From: an uncultured Aquificaceae bacterium
Lineage (GTDB): Bacteria > Aquificota > Aquificia > Aquificales > Aquificaceae
Assembly: GCA_964509905.1 (NCBI GenBank)
Contig: CAZDZN010000002.1
Location: 1-48,599 of the forward strand
DNA: 48,599 bases
Direction of reading: 5' to 3'
Part shown: positions 11,673 to 22,707 of the stretch, one piece after another
Position numbering within the stretch: the stretch's first letter is position 1
Layout of the letters: every line of letters begins with the position of its first letter
Position numbers and translations under genes: made by a program
Notes under the pieces: generated by a model
The model's database searches: none
Seen by the model: the letters and a program-made list of their open reading frames with translations, nothing else
What the model was told of the DNA's origin: nothing

Positions 11673-13940
11673 TTAACTCTTTGAAAGTCTCATAGCGTTT
11701 AGTACCACACTCACTGACGAAAAACCCATCAAAAGTCCGGCAAACTCCGGACTTATAAAAAGACCAAATTTAGAAAAAGCTCCTGCGGCAAAGGGCATCA
11801 TGACAGAGTTATAACCAAAAGCCCAAAAAAGGTTTTCTTTTATATTTTTCATAAGTTTTTTTGTAAGATTTAGAAGATAAATGATTTTATCCAAAGACCC
11901 ATTTGTTATAACGATGTCGGTGTTTATTTTTGCAGCATCTAAAGCTTTTGAAACAGCTATAGATATATCTGACTCAATCATTGCCTTTGCGTCGTTTATT
12001 CCGTCTCCTATCATGCATACTATGTGATTTTTAGCTTTTAAGCTTTTAACAAGATTGGCTTTATCCAAAGGACTCATGTTGGCATAATAGTTTTCCATGC
12101 CGAGCTCTTTGGCGAGTTTTCCTACATTTTCCTTCGTATCCCCAGAACAAAGTATTATCTTTTTGTTTTGGGCTTTTAAAATATTTATAAAGTCTTTTGT
12201 ATACTCATTAAGACTGTCCTCTAAATAAAATATTCCCATAAGAGAATCTTTTGTACCCATCCCTATAGCTTTTAAATTTGCGCTTTTACCCCAAAAAGAT
12301 AGATCTGTGATGTATGTATCACCACATTTCATACCAAAGCCTTGGATTTCTTCACAAGACATATCTATATCTTTTTCATCTTTTACATACTCGTATAGAG
12401 CTTTTGCTATAGGATGGTTTGACAATCTTTCAGCTTGTTTTAATATAGGTTTTGCCATCTCGTCAAAAATCTCTTCTTTTACTACCTTAAAAGTTCCTTC
12501 TGTAAGAGTTCCAGTTTTATCCAATACGAATACATCCGCATTATAAAGACTCTCCAGTGCTTTTGCATTTTTTACCAAAATTCCATTTTTAAAAGCCATA
12601 GAAACTCCCATCATTACAGAAATAGGTACAGCTATTCCCATAGCGCAAGGACAAGATATTACAAGGGTTGACACCGCATAATTTAAAGCCTGCTCTGTAG
12701 ATACCCCGAGGAATTCCCAAATGGCAAACACCAATATAGATAAACTCACTACTCCTTGGACAAAATAAGATGAGACTTTATCCGCTATAAACTGAATGTT
12801 TGGTTTTTTCTCAAGGCTTGTATTCGTAGATCTTATGAGCTCATTTATAAAAGATTTTTCGGCAGTGTTTACCACGATTCCTTTCAAATATCCAGATTTT
12901 ACCAAAGACCCAGATATTAACTCATTTCCAGATTTTACAAATTTTGGTTCAAACTCTCCGTTTATAAATGATGTATCTACGAGCCCTTCTCCTTCCGCGA
13001 GTTTTATATCTACCGGTACCCTGTCTCCGGCTTTTAAGATGACTGTATCTCCTACTTTTAACGAATAAGAATCTATTATTTTTTCAGTATTATTTTCTAA
13101 AACCCTTGCACTCCTTAAATTTAATGCACTTATGTTTTTAAGATAAGCGCTGGCTTTTTTTCTAAGCCTATACTCAATGAGTTTTCCAATGAGCACAAAT
13201 GAGACTAAAAATGTCGGTGTTTCAAAAAATGTGTTCCCTTTTAAAAGCCCAAAAACTACACATGTGCTATAGACTATAGACACAAAACTTCCCAAAGCTA
13301 CCAATAGATCCATATTTCCTGTTTTTGCTTTTAATCCATAAATAGCCCCCTTATAGAAATCTTTTGCGGTAAATATTTGCACCAAAATAGCCAATACCAT
13401 CTGTATATAACCGCTATAAGCTATCTTTGTATGCTCTAAAATCATTATGATAATCCCACTTGCTATCCCAAATAAGATCTTTAAAGCTATTTCTTTTGTT
13501 TTGTCAAGTTCTAAAATAGATACCTCATATCCTTTTGATCTTATAAAAGCCATAATATCTTCTTGGGATATGGCATCTTTGTCATACTCTATATATAGGG
13601 TTTGTTTTAGATTGTTTAGCACCACTTTTTTAATCCCCTGCAAAGCCTCTAAATCTTCTATGTTTAGTATATTACAAGTATCTGTAGCACAATCTACTTT
13701 GTTTATGTAAAGATTTAATACGCCTGATTCTTCTAATATTTCTGCATCGTATCCAAGTTCCCTTACCTTTTTGATAATATCTTCCGGTGTTAGCACATTA
13801 TCATCAAAACTCACGATGGCTCTTTCTAACACCAAAGATACATCTACATCCTGCACCCCTTTTATTTTTTTAAGACCGATATCCACAGTCTTTTGGCAGT
13901 TAACGCAAGTCATCCCTTGGATCTTAAAAACTTTCCTCAT
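11673..13940 (-). CDS. copA: P1B-type heavy-metal (Cu+) translocating ATPase
   Basis: GMTCVNC HMA domain, CPC, DKTGT, HP, GDGIND, YN and MxxSS TM motifs. Confidence 0.88.
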   Translation of the reverse strand: MRKVFKIQGMTCVNCQKTVDIGLKKIKGVQDVDVSLVLERAIVSFDDNVLTPEDIIKKVRELGYDAEILEESGVLNLYINKVDCATDTCNILNIEDLEALQGIKKVVLNNLKQTLYIEYDKDAISQEDIMAFIRSKGYEVSILELDKTKEIALKILFGIASGIIIMILEHTKIAYSGYIQMVLAILVQIFTAKDFYKGAIYGLKAKTGNMDLLVALGSFVSIVYSTCVVFGLLKGNTFFETPTFLVSFVLIGKLIEYRLRKKASAYLKNISALNLRSARVLENNTEKIIDSYSLKVGDTVILKAGDRVPVDIKLAEGEGLVDTSFINGEFEPKFVKSGNELISGSLVKSGYLKGIVVNTAEKSFINELIRSTNTSLEKKPNIQFIADKVSSYFVQGVVSLSILVFAIWEFLGVSTEQALNYAVSTLVISCPCAMGIAVPISVMMGVSMAFKNGILVKNAKALESLYNADVFVLDKTGTLTEGTFKVVKEEIFDEMAKPILKQAERLSNHPIAKALYEYVKDEKDIDMSCEEIQGFGMKCGDTYITDLSFWGKSANLKAIGMGTKDSLMGIFYLEDSLNEYTKDFINILKAQNKKIILCSGDTKENVGKLAKELGMENYYANMSPLDKANLVKSLKAKNHIVCMIGDGINDAKAMIESDISIAVSKALDAAKINTDIVITNGSLDKIIYLLNLTKKLMKNIKENLFWAFGYNSVMMPFAAGAFSKFGLFISPEFAGLLMGFSSVSVVLNAMRLSKS

Positions 13941-13972
13941 ACTATTAAACCTATCATTTTATAATAGATAAA

Positions 13973-14686
13973 TCAAGTAAAATATTTAAATGTTAAATTA
14001 CTAAAACTTTCTAATAAAATCCTTCCATACCCACTTTTTGGACTTTTAAAAAACTCATCTTTTGAAGATATCTCTTGAATGGTGCCATCTTTTAAAACCA
14101 GCACTCTGTCAGCTACTTCATAGACTACATCTATATCGTGGGTTATGATAATGGAGCTAAAATAATTTTTCATACTCTTAAAAGCACACAAAACATCTTT
14201 TTGCACCAATGCATCAAGAGCGGATGTGGGCTCATCTGCTATCACCAAAGAGGAGTTTCTTGCCAGAGACATAGCTATCATCACTCGTTGTTTCTGACCC
14301 CCAGAGAGCTCGTGAGGATATTTTGACTTTAATTCATCTAAGTTTAATGATACTTTTTTAATAGCCTCATCCACTGCTTGTCTTGTAATGCTAATAGGCT
14401 CTTTTTTTATGGCTTTTCTTATCATGATTATTTGATCATATACTTTAAAAAGTGGATCTAAGTAGCTTCCGGGGTCTTGGAATATCATAAATATATCGCC
14501 TCCATAAAACTCAACACTCCCCTCATGTGGGATGAGCCCCATTATGGCTTTTGCCAATGTGGATTTACCAGATCCAGATTCTCCTATTATGCAAAGTATA
14601 TCGCAGTAATCTACCGAAAAACTTACATCTTTTATTATGTGTTTTCTATTTAAAAAAACATTTAAATCTTTTACTTTTAAAAGCAT
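13973..14686 (-). CDS. Peptide/nickel ABC transporter ATPase (DppD/OppD-like)
   Basis: GESGSGKS, FQDP, YPHELSGGQKQR, DEPTSALD. Confidence 0.88.
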   Translation of the reverse strand: MLLKVKDLNVFLNRKHIIKDVSFSVDYCDILCIIGESGSGKSTLAKAIMGLIPHEGSVEFYGGDIFMIFQDPGSYLDPLFKVYDQIIMIRKAIKKEPISITRQAVDEAIKKVSLNLDELKSKYPHELSGGQKQRVMIAMSLARNSSLVIADEPTSALDALVQKDVLCAFKSMKNYFSSIIITHDIDVVYEVADRVLVLKDGTIQEISSKDEFFKSPKSGYGRILLESFSNLTFKYFT

Positions 14687-14710
14687 AAAAACATTTTATA
14701 ATGAAATTTA

Positions 14711-14739
14711 TTGCTTTTTTGAAGATAATTTAGTATAAT
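14711..14739 (+). promoter_or_regulatory. sigma70 promoter TTGCTT-N17-TATAAT for guaB
   Basis: Near-consensus boxes with 17-bp spacer; ATG 6 nt after the -10 box. Confidence 0.6.
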
Positions 14740-14742
14740 TAG

Positions 14743-16877
<2,135 letters not shown>

Positions 16878-16897
16878 AATGTGTTATAATAATACTT

Positions 16898-17377
16898 ATG
16901 ATGAACAAGAAAGATTTAGAACAGCTTTTGGTTAAGTTCGAGGATTATTTGCCGAAAGTATCGGCGTCTCATGGCTCACAAGCCTCTCGTAGAATTAATG
17001 CTCAGGTGAATAAGAAGCGACCAGGTAGGCCTAAAAAATATGATGACAGACTTGTAATGTTGCTTATAGCGCTTAGGGAAAAATACGATTGGTCTTTGAG
17101 AGAGTTAGAGAGAAGGGCTAAAGACATATTGCCGAAAGGTATCGAGATACCAGATTTTTCGTCTATCCATTACCGCATAAGAAAGATGAAAGAGTACATC
17201 GATGAAATAAAACCGAAACTTATAAAACTCGCTCCAGACATTGAAGCAAGATCAAAGAAAGAGCCTAAGAAAGAAGTAAAACAGGCAAAAGAAGAAGAGA
17301 AAAAGGTTTCTAAGAGTGCTTCACCTCCAAAGGCCAAAGCTGGTAAAAAAACTACTAAATCCAAGAGCAAACGTTAA
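16898..17377 (+). CDS. Basic DNA-binding protein: IS5/IS903-like transposase N-terminal domain + Lys-rich tail, no DDE domain
   Basis: KRPGRPKKYDD..SLRELE..IPDFSSIHYR resembles the IS903-type GRPxxYSD..LR..PDY/FS pattern; tail KKVSKSASPPKAKAGKKTTKSKSKR. Confidence 0.65.
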   Translation: MMNKKDLEQLLVKFEDYLPKVSASHGSQASRRINAQVNKKRPGRPKKYDDRLVMLLIALREKYDWSLRELERRAKDILPKGIEIPDFSSIHYRIRKMKEYIDEIKPKLIKLAPDIEARSKKEPKKEVKQAKEEEKKVSKSASPPKAKAGKKTTKSKSKR

Positions 17378-17405
17378 GGTATTAATGTTATTTAAGATTC
17401 ATAGC

Positions 17406-17460
17406 TTGACTGTCTAACCTGATTTGGTTATACTAATATTAAATGGTTAGGTGGAGGTTA
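17406..17460 (+). promoter_or_regulatory. sigma70 promoter TTGACT-N17-TATACT with TAACC-N6-GGTTA palindrome and GGTTA repeats
   Basis: -35 at 17406-11, -10 at 17429-34; TAACC at 17415; GGTTA at 17426, 17445, 17456. Confidence 0.6.
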
Positions 17461-17464
17461 AGTT

Positions 17465-17656
17465 ATGGATGCTAAGAGATGTTATTTGAGCGTAAGAGAA
17501 TTGGCTAAGCTCTTGGGCTGTAGCACCAAGACTGTTTACCGCATGATTCAATGTGGCAGGTTTTGGACAGAAGATGGAGAACGCATAGTGAAATTAAACG
17601 GCGCTTACAGGATACCTGTTTCTACTTTAAGAAGATTAGAGACAGAGGATATATGA
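17465..17656 (+). CDS. Excisionase-like (HTH_17/MerR-type) DNA-binding protein
   Basis: YLSVRELAKLLGCSTKTVYRMI..G..KLNGAYRIP; SD GGAGG upstream. Confidence 0.85.
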   Translation: MDAKRCYLSVRELAKLLGCSTKTVYRMIQCGRFWTEDGERIVKLNGAYRIPVSTLRRLETEDI

Positions 17657-18327
17657 TAGGTTTTTCTCTCATATTTCTCTCTGGTTTTTTGTCTTTCGTG
17701 CATTGTTATGGGATGTGCGGGGTTTTTCCTGCCAGCGTATCCAAATTAAGTGCTAACGATACTCTTAAAAATATTCTATACCTTATCCTTTACAATATAG
17801 GACGCGTATTATCCTATATATTTTTAGGGTTTTTGTTGGGTTTTGGGGCCATGGAGTTTGCAAATTTTATAAACAATATAAAGTACGTGGCAGATGTGTT
17901 TTCTATAGGTGTAGGCATATTGATGGGGGTTATAGGTATTAGGCTTTTATTGGGAAAATCTATAGGTAGTATAGGATTTCTAAACCCTTTATACGAAAGC
18001 ATCACTTACATCATAAACATATTGGCTGGGACTAAAAGTCTATTCTCTCCTTTTTTAATAGGGGTTTTCAACGGGCTTTTACCCTGTCCTATGGTTTATG
18101 GGTTTTTACTTTTGGCAGCTCTTTCTAAAAGTCCGATACAAGGTATACTTATTATGTTTTTCTTTGGACTAGGGACTATAATAACAATGTTTTCCTTAGG
18201 TTTTTTTTCCAAGTATTTTCTAAAATTTAAAAATCCTACAGCTTATAAAATAGTGGGTTTGGTGCTTATGTACTTTTCTTACGAATCCATAGCAAGGGCA
18301 TTTATGAGCGTGTATAATTGTAAATGA
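17653..18327 (+). CDS. DsbD_2/UreH-like (often labelled TauE/SafE) membrane protein
   Basis: HCYGMCG, YNIGR, GLLPCPMVY, FGLGT; ATG overlaps the upstream TGA. Confidence 0.8.
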   Translation: MIGFSLIFLSGFLSFVHCYGMCGVFPASVSKLSANDTLKNILYLILYNIGRVLSYIFLGFLLGFGAMEFANFINNIKYVADVFSIGVGILMGVIGIRLLLGKSIGSIGFLNPLYESITYIINILAGTKSLFSPFLIGVFNGLLPCPMVYGFLLLAALSKSPIQGILIMFFFGLGTIITMFSLGFFSKYFLKFKNPTAYKIVGLVLMYFSYESIARAFMSVYNCK

Positions 18328-19207
18328 TGGACTTATACAATGTTTCGGCTTCTTCCAATATATGGATGACGCTTTTAACGGCTTATCTTCTTGGTGTTGT
18401 ACACGGCATTACTCCAGATGAACACACGTGGCCTATTACGTTTAGCTATTCATTGGGAAGCTATTCTGCCAAGAAGGGGTTTTTGATAGGGCTTTTTCTT
18501 TGGCTTTTACACTCCAAAGAGCTATTGCCAGCGAACTTGCTTATTTTTCATTGACTAAATTTTTAGCTATCCCTATAATAGAGCATATAGTATATATACT
18601 TGTTGGATTAGCGATGGTCTTTGGTGGGTATTATATTTTTAGATACAAAGACATGTTTCACATACACTTTGGTAAGATAGACACTACACATCATAAGGAA
18701 GCATTTTATGGGCATAAGGTTGACAATTCACACGATATAGTTACCATAAAAATGGCTATGGTTCACGGATTTATAGCTGGCTGGGGTTTTGGAGCTTTTG
18801 CTATTATCATATATACAGTTTTAGCACCCTCAATGCCAAGTCCGTATCTTGGATGGTTGCCAGGGTTTATGTTTGGGCTCGGAACTACTACGGTGCAAAT
18901 GGTAGCTGGACTTTTATTTGGTCTTATGGGCAAAAGCCTAAAACTTCCTCAAGAGGTATCTCATAAAATAGCAAGGATTACAGCGGCAAGAACTTTATTT
19001 TTTGGTGGTATATTATTTTTCTTTGTAGGGGTAATAGATCTTGTAAATCCTCGCCTGTTGGAATTTAGTATAAAAACTCCTATCAAGATACATAATTTAC
19101 ACAACTTAGATATAGGGTTTTTCTTGGTAATTATAACCGTCATGGGGATAGGCTTACTTAGTATAATATTTGAAACTGCGAAGTATAGAAGAATCTACAG
19201 ATTATAA
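18324..19207 (+). pseudogene. NicO/RcnA-like Ni/Co transporter split by a 1-nt frameshift at the T-run 18493-18497
   Basis: LGVVHGITPDEHTWP; adding one T gives GLFSLAFTLQRAIASEL and joins both ORFs; His-rich loop; FGLGT. Confidence 0.65.
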
Positions 19208-19611
19208 ATATCTATTCCCATTTTTATATTTACAAGACTTCTAAAGCTTTCTATAAGCTCTGATGGATTTTGACCATCCTCTGGAGATGTAGCTATAGTA
19301 TAGCCCATGTTTTCTCCAAAAAACTCTCTAAGCTGGTTTAGTATGTGAATAGCCCCTTCTTTATCTGTGCCAAACAAAAGTCCTACAAAAAGCCCATCAA
19401 ACATGAAAAATGCATCTGAGGTTCTTGAAGATTCTGCCATAGCTTTTAGTATGCTATCGTCCATCTTTCCTATCTTGATACCTATAAGCGTTATATTTTT
19501 AAGTACCATCAGCTCTTCGGCTAAGTTTAATTCTCTGTTCACCCTATTTAGCATAGAAAATGTATAGCTCACCAGTGGTATAAAATCCTGTTTACCAAAT
19601 AAAATCCCCAT
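19195..19611 (-). CDS. Degenerate GGDEF-like domain protein
   Basis: RTSD..LLFGTDKEGA..ATSPEDG..ELI pattern of the GGDEF fold without the GGDEF motif. Confidence 0.5.
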   Translation of the reverse strand: MGILFGKQDFIPLVSYTFSMLNRVNRELNLAEELMVLKNITLIGIKIGKMDDSILKAMAESSRTSDAFFMFDGLFVGLLFGTDKEGAIHILNQLREFFGENMGYTIATSPEDGQNPSELIESFRSLVNIKMGIDIYNL

Positions 19612-19615
19612 ACTT

Positions 19616-20521
19616 TTATTTTATCATAAATAAATTTTTTTCATCTATATTCTTGCCTATGAGCACCAAAAATGAGTCTCCTTCGTAGTCTATAGGTTGA
19701 AGCTCCGAATATCCAAAGGTGTAGTTTAGCAGCATAGATTTGTCAGAATCTTTCAATTTTAAAATGCCTTTTATCCTAAAAATGTTTTCTGGAACTTTTT
19801 TTAATATGTCATCGAGCTCTTTGTAAGAAATTTCTTTTTTTATAAACATCACATATTTTTTTATATGTTCCAGATGTTCTAAATTAGCAGGAATGTTTGG
19901 CAAATTCTTTATAGGATATGTATCTTTGAATATATCTTCGTTTAGCTCTCCGAAGCGAGATTTGTATATTTTATAATGTTTAAAAAGTGGTTTTTGGGTA
20001 ATCATATCTTTTATGTTGTATTCTTGCTTTATGATGTGTATTTCTTGCTCTACTTTGTCTATGTCATTCGCCAAATCTATTTTGTTTATTATAATTATAT
20101 TTGAGCTTCCTATTTGATACTTAAAAGTGGGGTTTTCTTTGTAGTTTTTGAAGTTTTTAGCATCCACTATACATATAATCCCTTCTAACAAAACTCCTAA
20201 GTTTTGAAGACTTAGCATGATGGGGAAAGGCTCTGAAGTGCCCGATGTCTCGACGAACAAAAATTCAGGATCATATCTTTCTAAAATCTCGTGAACTCCT
20301 TTTTCAAACTCCGCTGATAGGCTACAGCATATGCATCCTTCAGATAGCTCTAACACGTTTGAATAGACATTTTTTAGAATTTTACCGTCTACACCTATAT
20401 CTCCTATTTCGTTTACTATTATGGCTATCTTATTATCTTGAAAATACTTTCTTATAGTGTTTAGCATGAATGTAGTTTTACCAGACCCAAGAAATCCCGT
20501 GATTACAAAAGCTGATATCAT
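19616..20521 (-). CDS. COG0523/CobW-family GTPase metallochaperone
   Basis: GFLGSGKTT, NEIG, GCICC, ETSG, NKID, RIKG. Confidence 0.92.
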   Translation of the reverse strand: MISAFVITGFLGSGKTTFMLNTIRKYFQDNKIAIIVNEIGDIGVDGKILKNVYSNVLELSEGCICCSLSAEFEKGVHEILERYDPEFLFVETSGTSEPFPIMLSLQNLGVLLEGIICIVDAKNFKNYKENPTFKYQIGSSNIIIINKIDLANDIDKVEQEIHIIKQEYNIKDMITQKPLFKHYKIYKSRFGELNEDIFKDTYPIKNLPNIPANLEHLEHIKKYVMFIKKEISYKELDDILKKVPENIFRIKGILKLKDSDKSMLLNYTFGYSELQPIDYEGDSFLVLIGKNIDEKNLFMIK

Positions 20522-20952
20522 GGTGTATTTGATGGCTGTGTTTGAGGGAGTGGATTTTGATTTAGGTACTTCTTCAAATCTGGTTGTTGGACTTCGTTTG
20601 TGGAGGCATTTATTACACTCCCTGTAATAATATAAGCCATATCGTTTCTTATTCGCATAAAAAACATTTTATTATCTTGGCTTTTTAAAATGACATCACA
20701 ATATCCAGGAACAGCTTTTGAAGGAATGACATCTACTATCTGGTAAGTAGCCAAGTTCCTTGATATGAGAAAATACTTCAAATTATCTTGGGTGGGGCAA
20801 AGAGAGGCTTTTTGATTTTGAGGTGGTATCTGCTGGAGTTGAGAATTTGGAATAGTCGGTGTGGTACTTATAACGGGCTCTTGTGTTATATCTATAGGAG
20901 CGCCAAAAGCCAAAAAGTTAAAAACCAAAAATATACCGATAATTTTTTTCAT
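20518..20952 (-). CDS. Exported hypothetical protein, possible DsbC N-terminal-like domain
   Basis: Signal peptide, P/Q-rich linkers, VIPSKAVPGYCDV..YIITGSVIN. Confidence 0.55.
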   Translation of the reverse strand: MKKIIGIFLVFNFLAFGAPIDITQEPVISTTPTIPNSQLQQIPPQNQKASLCPTQDNLKYFLISRNLATYQIVDVIPSKAVPGYCDVILKSQDNKMFFMRIRNDMAYIITGSVINASTNEVQQPDLKKYLNQNPLPQTQPSNTP

Positions 20953-20986
20953 AAAATTAATTATAACTCTATTCTATAATAAATTC

Positions 20987-21976
20987 ATGAAGAATGTGAG
21001 ACTCACAATAGATACATTGAAATCTATAGATTTAAATACTTTTATGAGGGAAGATGCGATAGATATAACTTTTGTAGAAGACATTGATACATTTGGAGCT
21101 ATCTATGTTTTGGAGCTTTTAGAAAAATATCCAAATAAGATATTAAAGGCCAAAGAAGAACATATAAAGCTCATAAATAGCATAAAAGAACTAAGCAATT
21201 CAAAAGCAAAAAGACAAAATATAAAAAAAGAATTTAAAGTATCTTTTGATTTTTTAGAGTATATTGGTATACTTGTATTGGATTTTTTAAGAAGGTTTAA
21301 AGAGATTGAGATAAGCTCTTTTTTTAAAGAAGTTGAGAGTGCTGGGTTTGGCTCTGTCTTTATATTGGGCATGTTATCACTTTTGGTGGGGATGGTGATA
21401 GCTTATCAAAGCGCTGCTGAGCTTTCGATGTTCGGAGCAAACATATTTGTGGTTAACTTAATAGGCATATCTTCTTTTAGAGAGCTTGGACCTCTTATAA
21501 CGGGTATAATACTTGCTGGAAGGGTAAGCAGTGGTTATACCGCTGATATAGGCATAAGAAAAGTCTATGAAGAGCTTGATGCTCTGGAAGTGATGGGATT
21601 TTCTTACATGGTGATACTTGGGATACCGAGAATCATAGCACTTGTTTTTATAACTCCTACATTGGTGCTTATATCAAGCAATATAATGGTGCTCGGAGGA
21701 GCTATTATAGCGAAGACAGATCTTGGTATACCTTTTGACTTGTTTTACAATAGACTAAAAGATGTGGTAGGCTTTGAACAGGTGTTTGTTGGGCTTATAA
21801 AAGCACCCTTTTTTGGTGCCTACATAGGACTTACGGGGACATATTTTGGTTTTTACTCAGGTAAAAAACCAGAGGAGGTAGCTTTTAATGTTATGAAAAG
21901 CGTGGTATCTGGAATATCTGGTATAATTTTAATAGATGCTTTATTTTCTGTAATATTTGCAAAATTTGGAATATGA
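20987..21976 (+). CDS. mlaE: MlaE-family ABC permease with N-terminal STAS-like segment
   Basis: RELGPLITGIILAGR, EELDALEVMG, PRIIAL; ATG 20987 preferred because the longer ORF overlaps the divergent gene. Confidence 0.88.
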   Translation: MKNVRLTIDTLKSIDLNTFMREDAIDITFVEDIDTFGAIYVLELLEKYPNKILKAKEEHIKLINSIKELSNSKAKRQNIKKEFKVSFDFLEYIGILVLDFLRRFKEIEISSFFKEVESAGFGSVFILGMLSLLVGMVIAYQSAAELSMFGANIFVVNLIGISSFRELGPLITGIILAGRVSSGYTADIGIRKVYEELDALEVMGFSYMVILGIPRIIALVFITPTLVLISSNIMVLGGAIIAKTDLGIPFDLFYNRLKDVVGFEQVFVGLIKAPFFGAYIGLTGTYFGFYSGKKPEEVAFNVMKSVVSGISGIILIDALFSVIFAKFGI

Positions 21977-22707
21977 TAGAGCTTAAAGACGTGATATCTG
22001 GATATGGATCTATTATTGTGCTTAATGGTGTAAGTTTTAAAATAGAAAAATCTCAGATTGTTGCAATAATAGGGGGAAGCGGCTCTGGTAAGACTACACT
22101 CTTAAAGCTTATGCTTTTTTTATTAAAACCAAAATCAGGATCTATACTGTTTGACGGAAAGGATACTACGCTGATGGGAGAAAAGGATATTCAAAAGTTA
22201 AGAGATAAAATAGGGGTGGTTTTTCAATTTACAGCACTTTTTAACTCCATGAATATATTGGAAAACGTCATGTATCCTGTGTTAAAAAAGGCTTATTTTT
22301 CAGAAGACATAGCTTATAAAAATGCATTGGTGAAATTAAACACGGTGGGTATTGATAATGTTTATCTATATCCAGAAGAGCTCTCTGGTGGGATGAAGAA
22401 GAAGGTGGCTCTAGCAAGAGCTTTGGCCTTGGAACCTTCAATCCTTGTATTAGATGAGCCCACTTCTGGACTTGATCCTACATCTGCAGACGAGTTTGAT
22501 GATCTTATGTTACTAACAAGGCGTAGATACAAAACTACCATAGTTATGGTAACTCACGATATAGCGTCTTTAAAGATAGCTGACAAGGTGATAGTGCTGT
22601 ATGATAAGAAAATCATTTTTGATGGAAAACCAGAAGACTTAAAAATTTCTTCTCATCCTTGGATAAAATCTTTTATGAGTGGTCAAAGGGGGCACTGCTA
22701 TGATTGA
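21973..22707 (+). CDS. mlaF: MlaF-family ABC ATPase
   Basis: GGSGSGKT, VFQFTALF, LSGGMKK, DEPTSGLDP. Confidence 0.88.
   Translation: MIELKDVISGYGSIIVLNGVSFKIEKSQIVAIIGGSGSGKTTLLKLMLFLLKPKSGSILFDGKDTTLMGEKDIQKLRDKIGVVFQFTALFNSMNILENVMYPVLKKAYFSEDIAYKNALVKLNTVGIDNVYLYPEELSGGMKKKVALARALALEPSILVLDEPTSGLDPTSADEFDDLMLLTRRRYKTTIVMVTHDIASLKIADKVIVLYDKKIIFDGKPEDLKISSHPWIKSFMSGQRGHCYD

Noticed and set aside
16898-17656. Intact IS element or prophage remnant (transposase-like gene plus excisionase-like gene)
   Set aside because: No DDE domain, integrase, tRNA/att site or terminal repeats seen; both genes have host-type promoters
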